A stretch of DNA of 55,522 nt from a virus (IMGVR_UViG_3300029258_003280:1-55522); one strand, 5' to 3'. Positions 1-9,598 are shown, counted from the first letter of the stretch. A program made the numbers and translations. The notes: a model not told the origin generated them from the sequence alone.

Positions 1-144
1 AGTCGCTCGATACCGGCATGGGCCAGTTCCTTCCCCCGGAAGCGGCGGAAGTAGGACAGTTCATTCCCGAGCAGTTCGGAGAATACACGGTAGGCATCGG
101 CGAAGAAGCCGAAGTCGAATATTAAACAATGAAATTTTTCGGGA
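1..144. repeat. Terminal direct repeat, left copy (circular assembly overlap)
   Basis: Bases 1-144 are identical to 55379-55522; the ORF at 54337-55503 reads through this sequence. Confidence 0.95.
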
Positions 145-146
145 TA

Positions 147-191
147 GGGCGTATCCCCGGAGTCCCTTGCTTACGCCCGAACGGTAAGGGA
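147..191 (+). promoter_or_regulatory. Putative H-type pseudoknot in the 5' leader of capsid gene 1
   Basis: GGGCGTA(147-153) pairs with TACGCCC(172-178), interleaved with TCCCTTGC(163-170) and GTAAGGGA(184-191); GGAGG RBS follows at 196-200. Confidence 0.6.
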
Positions 192-207
192 AATTGGAGG
201 AATAGGT

Positions 208-825
208 ATGACCAGACGTGTAGCACCCGCTCCGCCGGGCGTTCCGGCATTGGAGCCAATCAGGCAAGACCTCTATGACACTAAAGTCCAGGACGGCTTG
301 GTGTCAACGCTCGAATTCTTCAGGAATCCGGGCATCGCGGGGCAGGCCGAGCTTGCAACAAACATGCAGGCGAACGGCCAGCTTCCCTATCCGCAGCAGT
401 TCCACGTCTTCGGGATAAACCTCGAATTTATCCCCACATTCGGCGAGGGCGCATCGGTGAGCTACGACAATGCCTTCTGGCAGAACAAGAAGAAAGTCCT
501 CGAACTCTGCTTTATGCGATTTCGCATAGGCTCCAAGGACTATCTTGTTGACCCCGCGAAGCGAATCCCGGCAGGCCTCGGCCCGGCAGGTTTCGCCAAC
601 GGAGCTCAGGCAATCGATGCATTCCCCACTAACGGGTTGCAGGACATCCAGCATTACTACGATGTCACGATTCGCCAGGGCGGAAAAATCAAACCCATCC
701 ACATCCCGGCACAGCAGTCATTCTTCATACAGCTTGTATGGCCGTTCGGGAACCCGGCGGTAAACCGCAATGGATGGGCGGTCAGGGCGTACCTCGTCGG
801 TATTCTCTGGAGAGAAGTTCAATAA
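208..825 (+). CDS. Putative major capsid protein 1 (single jelly-roll type)
   Basis: 205 aa, strong RBS, beta-strand pattern, LYDT..FF.NP..TNM..GQLPYPQQF motif; clear paralog of the next gene. The fold is inferred. Confidence 0.7.
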   Translation: MTRRVAPAPPGVPALEPIRQDLYDTKVQDGLVSTLEFFRNPGIAGQAELATNMQANGQLPYPQQFHVFGINLEFIPTFGEGASVSYDNAFWQNKKKVLELCFMRFRIGSKDYLVDPAKRIPAGLGPAGFANGAQAIDAFPTNGLQDIQHYYDVTIRQGGKIKPIHIPAQQSFFIQLVWPFGNPAVNRNGWAVRAYLVGILWREVQ

Positions 826-844
826 CTTGACATATTGATGAATA

Positions 845-894
845 GGGCGCATTCATAGCCTTCTTCCCCGCTTGCGCCCGAATGCGGGAAGAGG
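845..894 (+). promoter_or_regulatory. Putative H-type pseudoknot in the 5' leader of capsid gene 2
   Basis: GGGCGCA(845-851) pairs with TGCGCCC(873-879), interleaved with CCTTCTTCCCCGC(859-871) and GCGGGAAGAGG(884-894). Confidence 0.6.
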
Positions 895-917
895 AAAAAT
901 TTTCGATGGAGGTCGAT

Positions 918-1541
918 ATGACCAGACGTGTAGCACCAGCACCGGCAGGTGTCCCGGCGCTTGAGCCTATCGCTCAGGAACTTTATGACACCAAGGATTA
1001 TCCCATCGCGGGTACGGGAACTCTCACATTCTTCCAGAACCCCTCGGCTCTCGGAGAGATAGAGACAAACATGGTGGCTTCAGGCCAGCTTCCCTATCCG
1101 CAGCAGTACCATGCTTTCGGTATCTGTTTCGAGATTTTCCCGGGATACACCGAGCCCGAAGCGGTCGGCAACAACGTAGCGTGGGCTCGCGAAAAGCAGA
1201 AGCTCCGAGAAAAATGCTTCCTTCGCCTCACCATAGGCTCGAAGGACTACCTCACGCTGCCCGGATGCCACATTCCCGAAGGAATGGGCATTGCGGGATT
1301 CTCCGCGGGAGACGATACGCTCTCGAATTACGCATCGTTGACCCAGGGCATTCAGGACATCAAGCATGCTTTCGAGCTTACGGTGCCCCAGGCCGGAAAA
1401 ATCAAGCCCATCCATATCCCGGCCCAGCAGTCGTTCAAGGTCGAGATAAGATGGCCTACTCCGCTCGTGCTTGCGACACCGGAGCAGCCTGTCAAATTCA
1501 GAGTTTACCTCGTAGGAATACTCTGGAGAGAGGTACAGTAG
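918..1541 (+). CDS. Putative major capsid protein 2 (paralog of 208-825)
   Basis: Start moved to ATG 918 (GGAGG upstream, same MTRRVAPAP N-terminus). Shares GQLPYPQQ, IGSKDYL, GKIKPIHIPAQQSF and YLVGILWREVQ with capsid gene 1. Confidence 0.75.
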   Translation: MTRRVAPAPAGVPALEPIAQELYDTKDYPIAGTGTLTFFQNPSALGEIETNMVASGQLPYPQQYHAFGICFEIFPGYTEPEAVGNNVAWAREKQKLREKCFLRLTIGSKDYLTLPGCHIPEGMGIAGFSAGDDTLSNYASLTQGIQDIKHAFELTVPQAGKIKPIHIPAQQSFKVEIRWPTPLVLATPEQPVKFRVYLVGILWREVQ

Positions 1542-1599
1542 CATTCTCAAGGACGCTCCCCTTCGGTAATCCCGCCGAAAAGAGTGTCTTTTCTTCGCT

Positions 1600-1628
1600 G
1601 GCCGCTCCGTTACGGGGCGGAGCGGCCT
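1600..1628 (+). terminator. GC-rich hairpin after the capsid genes (terminator or RNA stabiliser)
   Basis: GGCCGCTCCG...CGGAGCGGCC inverted repeat with only a weak U tract. Confidence 0.4.
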
Positions 1629-1703
1629 TATAAAAAGAATGGGATGAGCGATATTCCAGTAATAGCGGAATAAATAAATGTCACTTTAACAGGAGAAACA
1701 GAC

Positions 1704-2474
1704 ATGGCAGCAAGAATAGTAAAAACAAGAGACGGACGCACCCTTCTCTATAAAGGAATGCCCCATCCCCTCGATGGCTCGATGGGCCAGCTTCCACGGA
1801 ATCAATATGCATCTCCGTCGGCACCCTCGCCGATATCCCCCGAGTTGTCGCCGAGGCTCCCTCAGAGCATTCTTAAGCCCGTCCCCAGAAGCGCGGTAAG
1901 CCCTCAGAGGCGGGTTGAGTACCCGATTCGCACGGCCGAAACGGAAGAGCTTCAAAGAAGCATGTCCCCGGAACAATACTTGCGAAAAAAGACATTCGAG
2001 CGCCCGGCATTTTACGGCATTCAGACGCCGTTGCAGACGACCGCGCCGTGGCAGAATTCGGTGCTCGTAGCGGGGCCTTCGGGTACGGCGGTCACCGGTA
2101 CCTTCGAGATAACCTCCGAGGCCGACTTCGAGGCGGTCAAGATTATGGTTACAGGCCGCAAACTTGTTGACCAGGAATGGCTCCCCACAAGAAACTTCGC
2201 AATAACATTCAAAGACCTCGCGAGCGGTCGAGACCTTAACAATGTTCCCATCTTCGCGGAGCATTTCGGGGGCAATGCCAACGAGCCTCTTATCTTCCCC
2301 GTTACGTTGTTTATCAACCGCAATTCGGCGGTGACGGTGGACTTTATCAACCTTGAGCCGGTGGATGCGGACATCTACGTCTATTTCTCGCTCCTCGGTA
2401 TCAAGTACTACTATCTGGATGCTCTCAATCTCACTACCGGATATCCGGAACAGGGCGAGTACAAAAGAGTTTAA
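1704..2474 (+). CDS. Putative minor capsid protein with a beta-sandwich C-terminal domain
   Basis: Pro/Ser-rich N-terminus, then a beta-rich domain (EADF..SGRDL..VP..P.IFP..LLGIKYY); lies directly after the capsid genes. Confidence 0.55.
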   Translation: MAARIVKTRDGRTLLYKGMPHPLDGSMGQLPRNQYASPSAPSPISPELSPRLPQSILKPVPRSAVSPQRRVEYPIRTAETEELQRSMSPEQYLRKKTFERPAFYGIQTPLQTTAPWQNSVLVAGPSGTAVTGTFEITSEADFEAVKIMVTGRKLVDQEWLPTRNFAITFKDLASGRDLNNVPIFAEHFGGNANEPLIFPVTLFINRNSAVTVDFINLEPVDADIYVYFSLLGIKYYYLDALNLTTGYPEQGEYKRV

Positions 2475-2507
2475 TTCAAATGTACAGTCAAGTTGAGAGG
2501 AGCTTCC

Positions 2508-3140
2508 ATGAACGAACGGGAACTATACTATAGGCTCTCGGGTCTCGGGGATAATCCCGAAGACAGAAATTGGTTTTGGCGAGAGGGCTTCCCGGAGCTT
2601 ATGCGCCGGGGCCTCGGCAAGGGGGCCAAGCGCGAATGGCTCGGAAGCGACAAAGACAACATGGGCTCTATGTTGTTGCGCCTCGCCGAAAACTACATTA
2701 TGGCCCCGCAAAATGTAGTGCCTGCTTTCGCACAACCATTCAAAATCACTACCGGGCCCGGGGACGGGCTCGAAATACCGCCTAATGGCGCCGGGCCGGG
2801 TGAAACATTCTATACCGGCGTGAGATTTCCCGTCCCGGTGGATTCGGCGGCGATAGTGACATGTCTTCATCAGGAACTCGAAAGCCCGGCCGCCTATAGC
2901 GATGTCAACATAAGGCTCTGGTATCGCGGCGGCCACAAGAACTTTTGGCATCCGCAAAAGCCGGAAGTAACGCCCGTGAAAATAGTGGTCTTCGAGAAGG
3001 AAACCATAGAAATTCAATGGGAAAACAACGGGCTTATTTCACATTGGCTCAAGGCGGAAATTATAGGCTACTGGTTTAACGTACCCAAGCCCGACAAATC
3101 TCAGCGTGGGCTTACAGTCCCCACTCAAACCCAGGGATAG
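2508..3140 (+). CDS. Putative virion structural protein, beta-rich C-terminal half
   Basis: ATG 2508 after GAGGAG; within the structural operon. Confidence 0.55.
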   Translation: MNERELYYRLSGLGDNPEDRNWFWREGFPELMRRGLGKGAKREWLGSDKDNMGSMLLRLAENYIMAPQNVVPAFAQPFKITTGPGDGLEIPPNGAGPGETFYTGVRFPVPVDSAAIVTCLHQELESPAAYSDVNIRLWYRGGHKNFWHPQKPEVTPVKIVVFEKETIEIQWENNGLISHWLKAEIIGYWFNVPKPDKSQRGLTVPTQTQG

Positions 3141-3149
3141 GAGGAATAC

Positions 3150-4091
3150 ATGGGAACTGAGGATATCAGAATACTGCCCGCGCAAGGAGTTTTCGTACCT
3201 CGAATTACCCACGATTCGAGGGGAAACAGGATTATCCCCCTTCTCGGGGCGGGACAGTCATACGACACCGGCGTTTTTATGGTCAGGGGTTATAACAAGA
3301 TAGACATTATAGCCCGCTCCAATGTCAACGCGGACATCTTCGTTTACATGGGGCCAGACCCCGCCCAACTTGCGGCAATGACGCCCGGGGACAACCGGGA
3401 AAAAGCGAGGCTTCCGTATGCCGAGCTTGCCGTTCCGAACGGCGATTTTCCGCCCGAACAATACAGCGTTCAGGTAAGCGGAGATTTCGCGCGGGTAATA
3501 TTCAGGAACAACACCGCGGAGGCTCAGACCGTATGGGATTTTCAGGTCAACTTGAAGCCCATCGGCGAAGGTCAATGCTTCAGGGAATACATAGACGGCG
3601 CGGTAAACCCGCTCGGGATTCCCATCTATCGTTATCTGACCATGACATCCGACCACAGGCTCCGCGTCGATGTCAGCGGCGGAGGCGGGGGGGCCCTTCC
3701 GGTTTCGGGCGAGAAAGAGCAGTTGGTATGGCTGGCTAACAACTCCTCGGCGAATGCCGGGAACACCATCCCGGCCGACCCCAACACCGGGAGTTTTTCA
3801 ATTGACAGCGCCGGAACATTAACCGAGCTCGATGGCTCCATTAAGGAATTTACCATTTACGCGGAAATATTATCGTCCGGGGCCGGTAGCGGCGATATAG
3901 TAATTGAGGGAAGAAGTATTCATAACGTCGTTCCTTGGGTAGAGTTCGACAGGTTTCCTTTGGCTGCGGGGCAGAGGTTGTTTAAGACATTTAAGGCTCA
4001 GGCCAACGCCTACAGGGTTTATTTCGACAATACGGGGGGCGTGCTTGTTACCGGATTTTATGGTAACGTTTACCTGAAGCCTCAAACATAA
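3150..4091 (+). CDS. Putative vertex or spike protein (two beta domains with a Gly linker)
   Basis: 313 aa, GGAGG RBS, SGGGGG linker between beta-rich halves. Confidence 0.5.
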   Translation: MGTEDIRILPAQGVFVPRITHDSRGNRIIPLLGAGQSYDTGVFMVRGYNKIDIIARSNVNADIFVYMGPDPAQLAAMTPGDNREKARLPYAELAVPNGDFPPEQYSVQVSGDFARVIFRNNTAEAQTVWDFQVNLKPIGEGQCFREYIDGAVNPLGIPIYRYLTMTSDHRLRVDVSGGGGGALPVSGEKEQLVWLANNSSANAGNTIPADPNTGSFSIDSAGTLTELDGSIKEFTIYAEILSSGAGSGDIVIEGRSIHNVVPWVEFDRFPLAAGQRLFKTFKAQANAYRVYFDNTGGVLVTGFYGNVYLKPQT

Positions 4092-4100
4092 GGAGATGAG

Positions 4101-4439
4101 ATGCAAGAGGTTATCGGTACGGATTCAAAAAGGCTCATAGCTAATAATTTGGACATACTCGCGCTCGCGACGGTGGCCGGGCCGACCGAAAATATGAGAA
4201 ATCATGCTTTTCTCGGCGTTACCTGTCATACCAGCCAGGACGGCCAGCTCGAAATAGAATACAGGATGCCCGGCGGGATATGGCGGCAAATAGACGGCAG
4301 CCCTTTCGCGATAACGGGCGGCGTCGCATTCGACAGGGTTTACAGGATTACCCGCGATGAATACAGAGTTACCTTCACCGACACTTCCGGGGTTGCCAAT
4401 AATGTTGATTTGGGAACGCTCAGAACGAATGTAAATTAG
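4101..4439 (+). CDS. Small beta-rich virion protein
   Basis: AGGAG RBS, tight operon packing. Confidence 0.55.
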   Translation: MQEVIGTDSKRLIANNLDILALATVAGPTENMRNHAFLGVTCHTSQDGQLEIEYRMPGGIWRQIDGSPFAITGGVAFDRVYRITRDEYRVTFTDTSGVANNVDLGTLRTNVN

Positions 4440-4447
4440 GAGGCGAT

Positions 4448-4786
4448 ATGACCGCAAGGGAATGGATAGAAAGAGTTTTTGCTAAAAAAATAAAAAACGA
4501 TAAAATTATCATAGCGGCCGGGACGAAAACCGTAAAAGACGGCGCGAGGAAAATCGAAAGACAGACCGGAGCGCGTATTTACGTTGAAGTAGCCAATTTC
4601 GAACGCCTCTTCAAGGAGGAAATAGAAGCTGGAGGCACCGATGCCGAAATAGCGGCCAGAATCGCGGCCAAGAAAACGGTCAGGAGGGGTTTTAATCCCG
4701 AAACCAACAAGGTTGAAGACATGACTTTCGACACGGGATATAAAAGCCTTATCGAGGACATGGCCGACAAGGGGGCGTTTGCTTAG
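4448..4786 (+). CDS. Hypothetical protein
   Basis: GGAGG RBS, operon packing. Confidence 0.6.
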   Translation: MTAREWIERVFAKKIKNDKIIIAAGTKTVKDGARKIERQTGARIYVEVANFERLFKEEIEAGGTDAEIAARIAAKKTVRRGFNPETNKVEDMTFDTGYKSLIEDMADKGAFA

Positions 4787-4795
4787 GAGATAAAA

Positions 4796-5323
4796 ATGGG
4801 AGCGGTAGTATATCCGAAACTACAGATAACTAATATTTATACCGGAGCGCCTCCGGGGGTTCCCGATTACGATGTCACTATAAGTGCAAGCGATTACAAC
4901 AGCAGTTCATCCTCGCCCTATCGTTCGAGGGGTCAGGCCGGAACTACTGCCCATGAATATACATTCTTCGTCCCGGACGGCTTCCCCGGTCTTTCGAAGC
5001 TGGTTGCGCTCGAACTCATTTTTATAAATCGAAGCGCTAATCCCGGCCCGGCAACCGTCCAGATAGATTTTTCAAGCGAATATGCTCTCGATGGGCAAGC
5101 CAAGAATGCAAATTTTGTCAACCACCCCGACCCCGCGGGCGGTGCTGGCTCCTATGTCCTTCCGGCCGCGAATGTACTCGGAAGGTTTGATTTAACCAAT
5201 CTCGTAGGAATTAATATGTACCCCAATCTCGCCGCCAATCATCGTTGCGGCTTAAGGGTAAACCATCGCGGCATTGGTGGAGCGATAGAGTATCTGGGAA
5301 TACGGATTGCTTTTAACTATTAG
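4796..5323 (+). CDS. Putative spike or virion protein
   Basis: AGGAG RBS, beta-rich, ends LGIRIAFNY. Confidence 0.55.
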   Translation: MGAVVYPKLQITNIYTGAPPGVPDYDVTISASDYNSSSSSPYRSRGQAGTTAHEYTFFVPDGFPGLSKLVALELIFINRSANPGPATVQIDFSSEYALDGQAKNANFVNHPDPAGGAGSYVLPAANVLGRFDLTNLVGINMYPNLAANHRCGLRVNHRGIGGAIEYLGIRIAFNY

Positions 5324-5331
5324 AGGTTAAT

Positions 5332-5592
5332 ATGACCGAATATATATACACGCGGGAACTGGTAGCCGACCAACAATATTACAATCTTCCGAATCCGGAC
5401 AGGGACTTAGACCCGGAAACGGGCACCCCCATTCTACCCTGCCAGGACATTTACGATGCGATAGGGCTTTGTGTAGATATATATAACACGACAGCAGAAA
5501 GTTTTACGGTCGTAACGGAAAGAGAATTGACGACACAGGAAAAGACCGACATGGATGCGGCCATCGCCGGACACAAGAATAATTTTCAGTAG
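5332..5592 (+). CDS. Hypothetical acidic protein (possible spike chaperone)
   Basis: GAGG RBS, operon packing. Confidence 0.55.
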   Translation: MTEYIYTRELVADQQYYNLPNPDRDLDPETGTPILPCQDIYDAIGLCVDIYNTTAESFTVVTERELTTQEKTDMDAAIAGHKNNFQ

Positions 5593-5601
5593 GAGAAACA
5601 G

Positions 5602-5988
5602 ATGGGTTTCGGTTCGCTTGTATATCCGCCGCAAATTATTCCGGCCGAGATGGTTTTTTACCGGCCAGACTTGGTACTTGCGGGCGTAACCCCTACGGTT
5701 GCGGATGTTGTTGCGGCTGGCTGGTTCAAGCGATGCCGGGGCATAGGCATCGGCATCGATGGCTCGGTATGGTGGATGTACTATGACGGCAGCGTTGTCG
5801 AGTCGGTCGAGCTATCATCTACCGGGTGGATTGACCTGTTTTTCGAGGATTTCGAAGCTGGCGACTGGCGCGGGCTTTGGAATGAGCCGACCATCCCGGT
5901 TTTTAATGAAAACTTCGAGGACGGCGACTGGCGAGGTGAATGGATGTCCACTAACAACGTATTTACCGAAGATTTTGAAAGCTGGTAG
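5602..5988 (+). CDS. Virion protein with a module shared with 6878-7093 and three F.E(D/N)FE repeats
   Basis: VADVVAAGW..G.GIG.DGSVWWMY.DGS is shared with 6878-7093; C-terminal FFEDFE, FNENFE and FTEDFE. Confidence 0.6.
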   Translation: MGFGSLVYPPQIIPAEMVFYRPDLVLAGVTPTVADVVAAGWFKRCRGIGIGIDGSVWWMYYDGSVVESVELSSTGWIDLFFEDFEAGDWRGLWNEPTIPVFNENFEDGDWRGEWMSTNNVFTEDFESW

Positions 5989-5997
5989 GAGAATAAA

Positions 5998-6672
5998 ATG
6001 ACATTGTTTGTTATTATACTTAGCATACTGATTATATATGCAATGTCGGCCTCGGATTGGGACTTCGGGACTCAGAATACCGTAATCCCCACCATAGTCG
6101 CTGACGGCGACTTTGTTCTACAGGTGGACTTCAATCCCGGCGGCGGCCCGGCCGAGATTTTTGACATGTTCTATAACGGCGATGTCAACATAGGCCCGAA
6201 CACCGAGATAGACTTCAAAATCAAGGCGCTCGACACGGAGCAATTTCAGACTCAGGGCAACCCTAATATCTGGTTCCGAAGCGACTCCATTGATGTAAGT
6301 GCGCTGACGGGAATAAATGTTCGCTTCAAGGGCAGCTTCTCGGGCGGATGGTGGCGGGCGGTCGATATATACAAGTATGACGGCGGGACGCCCACCCTGC
6401 TTAATGCTTCCGGTAATCTTCATACCATAGCGGTAAACACATGGTACAGGTACCGGGTTAGGGTATGGGATACGGTTTTTCCGGCGAACAATACGCGCTA
6501 TTCGGTGGAGCTATGGACGGGTGCGGCTTGGAACTTGTTGCTTCAATATGATGACGCGACGGCATGGCTAAAGGGAATTAATGGCAGGTTCGGAACGGGC
6601 GGTCGCGGTTCTACGGCGGTCTTGGCCCAGCAGGAACGATGGAACGACCTCGCGATAGGAGAGATGTCGTAA
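5998..6672 (+). CDS. Putative lectin-like beta-sandwich receptor-binding protein
   Basis: Hydrophobic N-terminus; Trp-rich beta pattern (NTWYRYRVRV) resembling concanavalin-A-like folds. Inferred. Confidence 0.45.
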   Translation: MTLFVIILSILIIYAMSASDWDFGTQNTVIPTIVADGDFVLQVDFNPGGGPAEIFDMFYNGDVNIGPNTEIDFKIKALDTEQFQTQGNPNIWFRSDSIDVSALTGINVRFKGSFSGGWWRAVDIYKYDGGTPTLLNASGNLHTIAVNTWYRYRVRVWDTVFPANNTRYSVELWTGAAWNLLLQYDDATAWLKGINGRFGTGGRGSTAVLAQQERWNDLAIGEMS

Positions 6673-6878
6673 TGTATATAGAGATAGAGGAAGACGGAAC
6701 ATATAAGTTAAACGGAAAGCCGGTCGAAGTCACGCGGCTGGACGTGCTCGGCCATACAGTCGAGGCAATCTTTCACAAGGGGAGCTATTTCCCCGTAACC
6801 ATACCGGACAAGGGTAAAAATTTCCAGCAAGAGTTGAAAAAGGTGCTTCATAACCCAAATTTGTGGGAGGATAAATAA
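6672..6878 (+). CDS. Hypothetical protein
   Basis: ATG 6672 overlaps the upstream stop (TAATG); GGAG upstream. Confidence 0.55.
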   Translation: MYIEIEEDGTYKLNGKPVEVTRLDVLGHTVEAIFHKGSYFPVTIPDKGKNFQQELKKVLHNPNLWEDK

Positions 6879-7093
6879 TGGCTGCGCTGGCGTATCCGGA
6901 GCTCGTCATTCCCGTCGAATTGGCACGCTATAAAGAAGACGTAGCCTTATCCGGCGCGGTGCCGGTCGTCGCGGACGTGGTTGCGGCCGGTTGGAGCGGG
7001 GGCGACCGGGGAGTCGGCATTGGCACGGACGGCAGCGTTTGGTGGATGTATTTCGATGGCTCGGCGCTCGAAGCGGTCGAGCATACAGTATAG
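6878..7093 (+). CDS. Small virion protein, paralog of the 5602-5988 N-terminal module
   Basis: Shared VADVVAAGW..GIG.DGSVWWMY motif; GGAGG RBS. Confidence 0.6.
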   Translation: MAALAYPELVIPVELARYKEDVALSGAVPVVADVVAAGWSGGDRGVGIGTDGSVWWMYFDGSALEAVEHTV

Positions 7094-7102
7094 GAGGGCA
7101 TA

Positions 7103-8116
7103 ATGCCGCATAAAAGGCAGCATGACATAAATGATACTCTTGACCATGCGCCGGGAACTAACAATACCGTTCTCGGAACGGACGGCGGAGTGCTCGCCGA
7201 AGTACCGTTTTCGGCCGGGGTTTCCAATAATAACCTTGTTCAGAGGGACGGCAGCGGCGACATTGCGGTAAACCTCATCCCGGGCGGAGCATCGGCGGCG
7301 GCCAGCAAGCAATATGTTGACAATGTGGCGGTCGGGCTCAAGTGGGTTTCGCCCGCGCAGGTCTTAAAGATAAAAGACGATGGCGATGCGGGCGGAGCCC
7401 CCCCCGCAGCCAATCGCGGCGATGCTTTCGTGGTCAATAATTGGGGCGGGGGCTACAATGACGGGGATATCGTCGAGTACGACGGGACATCCTTTAATGT
7501 AATACTCTCCAATGTCGGCGGCGAGCCCCCGGATGGCACGAGAGCGGTCGTGATTGATGCGGCCGCGGCCGGGTCTTTTGCTGGTCATGAAGACGAAATA
7601 GCCACCTACGACACCGGAACAAGCTTATGGAGCTTTACTTCCCCGGTCGATGGGAATGCCATTCTTATCGTGGGTGAAAACGGAATAAATGAAAATCGAG
7701 CCTATACCTATGACGCCGCTCCCGGCGAATGGATACAATTCTCTTCGCTTGGAGCTTTCGAGCAGATGCAGTTTTATTTCGGCGTGGACGGAACCATCGC
7801 GGTAGGCGACGACCAGACGCTCTGGCTTATAGCGGGACAGGCCGTAACCGCGATAGAGGCTTATGCCGCAATTAAGACCGCCCCCACCGGCGCGGCTCTG
7901 ACCATTGAAATCGAAAAGTCGAGCAACCTCGGCGGCGCTTGGAGTACGGTAGTTTCTTCGGCGGCGCTTCAAATAGCGGCCGGTGCTCAGGAGGGCGAAG
8001 CTACCGGACTCTCGGTTTCCATCGCGAAAAACGACATACTCAGAATCAACATAGACCAAGTAGGCAGCACGGTCGCGGGCGCGGACTTGTCTGTAGTTTT
8101 GAAGGTGATAAAATGA
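7103..8116 (+). CDS. Fibre or spike protein with a DUF2793-like central region
   Basis: AASKQYVD fibre motif, G.FAGHEDEIA..W.F..P..G motif, beta-rich C-terminal domain. Confidence 0.55.
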   Translation: MPHKRQHDINDTLDHAPGTNNTVLGTDGGVLAEVPFSAGVSNNNLVQRDGSGDIAVNLIPGGASAAASKQYVDNVAVGLKWVSPAQVLKIKDDGDAGGAPPAANRGDAFVVNNWGGGYNDGDIVEYDGTSFNVILSNVGGEPPDGTRAVVIDAAAAGSFAGHEDEIATYDTGTSLWSFTSPVDGNAILIVGENGINENRAYTYDAAPGEWIQFSSLGAFEQMQFYFGVDGTIAVGDDQTLWLIAGQAVTAIEAYAAIKTAPTGAALTIEIEKSSNLGGAWSTVVSSAALQIAAGAQEGEATGLSVSIAKNDILRINIDQVGSTVAGADLSVVLKVIK

Positions 8117-8433
8117 TAACAAGTAAAATATTCGAGGTAAGCGGCGGTTACGGTTATGACATATTAATAGATGGGAAGCTGTTTATTCGCCAGCCCCATG
8201 TCCCGGCGATAGGCGGAATGGTTATTATGACCCGCACCCAAGCAGAAAACATGGCGGCATTGGTGATAGACAAACTCAATGACAAGCGTACCGTGCAAGA
8301 AAATGAAGAGCTTCAAACGCTGCTGCAAAAGGACACCCTTACCGAACAGGAAAAAGCGAGGGCGGAAACGCTTTCGAACAAGGAAAACCCGACCGTCACG
8401 GTCGCGGAGGCTGAGAGCATTGTAAATGGGTGA
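8113..8433 (+). CDS. DUF4907-like protein
   Basis: ATGA overlap with the upstream stop; GYGYDI..GK..I.QPH.PAI.G..A...A.LVI.KL motif. Confidence 0.55.
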   Translation: MITSKIFEVSGGYGYDILIDGKLFIRQPHVPAIGGMVIMTRTQAENMAALVIDKLNDKRTVQENEELQTLLQKDTLTEQEKARAETLSNKENPTVTVAEAESIVNG

Positions 8434-9307
8434 TAGCTGGCAAAGAAAAACTGACTACGGAGGCTCGGCGAAGTTTCGGGCCGTAGGCTTTGCTATCGGG
8501 AGCAAGGGCTACATAGGCACCGGGTGTTGGGGTACGAGCGAATACAAGGACTTCTGGGAATATGACCCCGCCGCCGATGCCTGGACTCAGAAGGCCGACT
8601 TTCCGGGCAATCATAGATATGCCGCGGCGGGCTTTGCCATAGGCTCATACGGCTATCTGGGTACGGGTAAAAACACTTCGACTTTCAATGATTTTTACAG
8701 GTACGACCCCTCGACTAATTCATGGCTCGCAAGGCAGAATTTCGGCGGGTATATCCGGTATGGCGCGGTCGGCTTCGCTATCGGAAGCAAGGGCTATATG
8801 GGGACTGGCTGGAAAACATCGCGCAAGGTTGATTTCTGGGAATACAACCCGGCGACTAATGCCTGGACTCAGAAAGCGAACTTCGGCGGCGCGGCGAGAC
8901 TATATGCTACCGGCTTCGGCCTCAACGGCAAGGGCTATCTGGGCACCGGCAACACGGACGGCGGCGTTCCCGTAAAAGATTTCTGGGAATACGACCCCGA
9001 CCTAAATGCGTGGACTCAAAAAACCGACTTCGGCGGAAGCGCCCGGTATGAAGCTGGCTCATTTACCCTCGGCGAAAAAGGATATATCGGCTTCGGTTGG
9101 GACGGAGCGACCAAGAATGACCTCTGGGAATACGACCCGAGCGCGGATTCATGGACTCGAAAATCCGATTGCGGCGTTACAATGGGATATTCACCATCGG
9201 GCTTCGCGATAAACTTCAAGGGATACATGGGCGTGGGCCAGACCGAACAATTTTGGGAATGGGGCACGGACTCCTTTAAGGCAATGATGATTCAAATGAC
9301 ACCATAG
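8426..9307 (+). CDS. Kelch-repeat beta-propeller protein
   Basis: About six repeats of R..A.GFAIG.KGY.GTG....DFWEYDP....W.QKA.F. Confidence 0.9.
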   Translation: MGDSWQRKTDYGGSAKFRAVGFAIGSKGYIGTGCWGTSEYKDFWEYDPAADAWTQKADFPGNHRYAAAGFAIGSYGYLGTGKNTSTFNDFYRYDPSTNSWLARQNFGGYIRYGAVGFAIGSKGYMGTGWKTSRKVDFWEYNPATNAWTQKANFGGAARLYATGFGLNGKGYLGTGNTDGGVPVKDFWEYDPDLNAWTQKTDFGGSARYEAGSFTLGEKGYIGFGWDGATKNDLWEYDPSADSWTRKSDCGVTMGYSPSGFAINFKGYMGVGQTEQFWEWGTDSFKAMMIQMTP

Positions 9308-9316
9308 GAGAAGATT

Positions 9317-9598
9317 ATGGATGGTAAAAACGGAACCAAGATGGTAGCCTTGTCACTTCCGGTAGTCGTGATTATACTCGGTGCGCTGGCGACGCTTCTA
9401 ACGAGCTCTCTTCTGGCTTACAGCGATGTATGCGTGGATATAAGGGGTAATAGCGAAAACATAAAGAGTATAAAATACCAGCAGGACAGGGAAATGTCTA
9501 ATTTGAACAAAAAGATAGATGAGCTTCGCGAGGACATTAAAAACCTCAACGACAAGATAGACAAGATGTTCTGGCCGTTTACGAAAAAAAAGGATTAG
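9317..9598 (+). CDS. Membrane-anchored coiled-coil protein (possible lysis protein)
   Basis: N-terminal TM segment followed by a heptad coiled coil. Confidence 0.55.
   Translation: MDGKNGTKMVALSLPVVVIILGALATLLTSSLLAYSDVCVDIRGNSENIKSIKYQQDREMSNLNKKIDELREDIKNLNDKIDKMFWPFTKKKD

Noticed and set aside
827-856. Promoter from TTGACA between the two capsid genes
   Set aside because: No credible -10 element at 16-18 nt spacing.
8426-9307. Diversity-generating retroelement target or template repeats
   Set aside because: The repeats are Kelch blades; I see no reverse transcriptase and no adenine-specific TR/VR pair.
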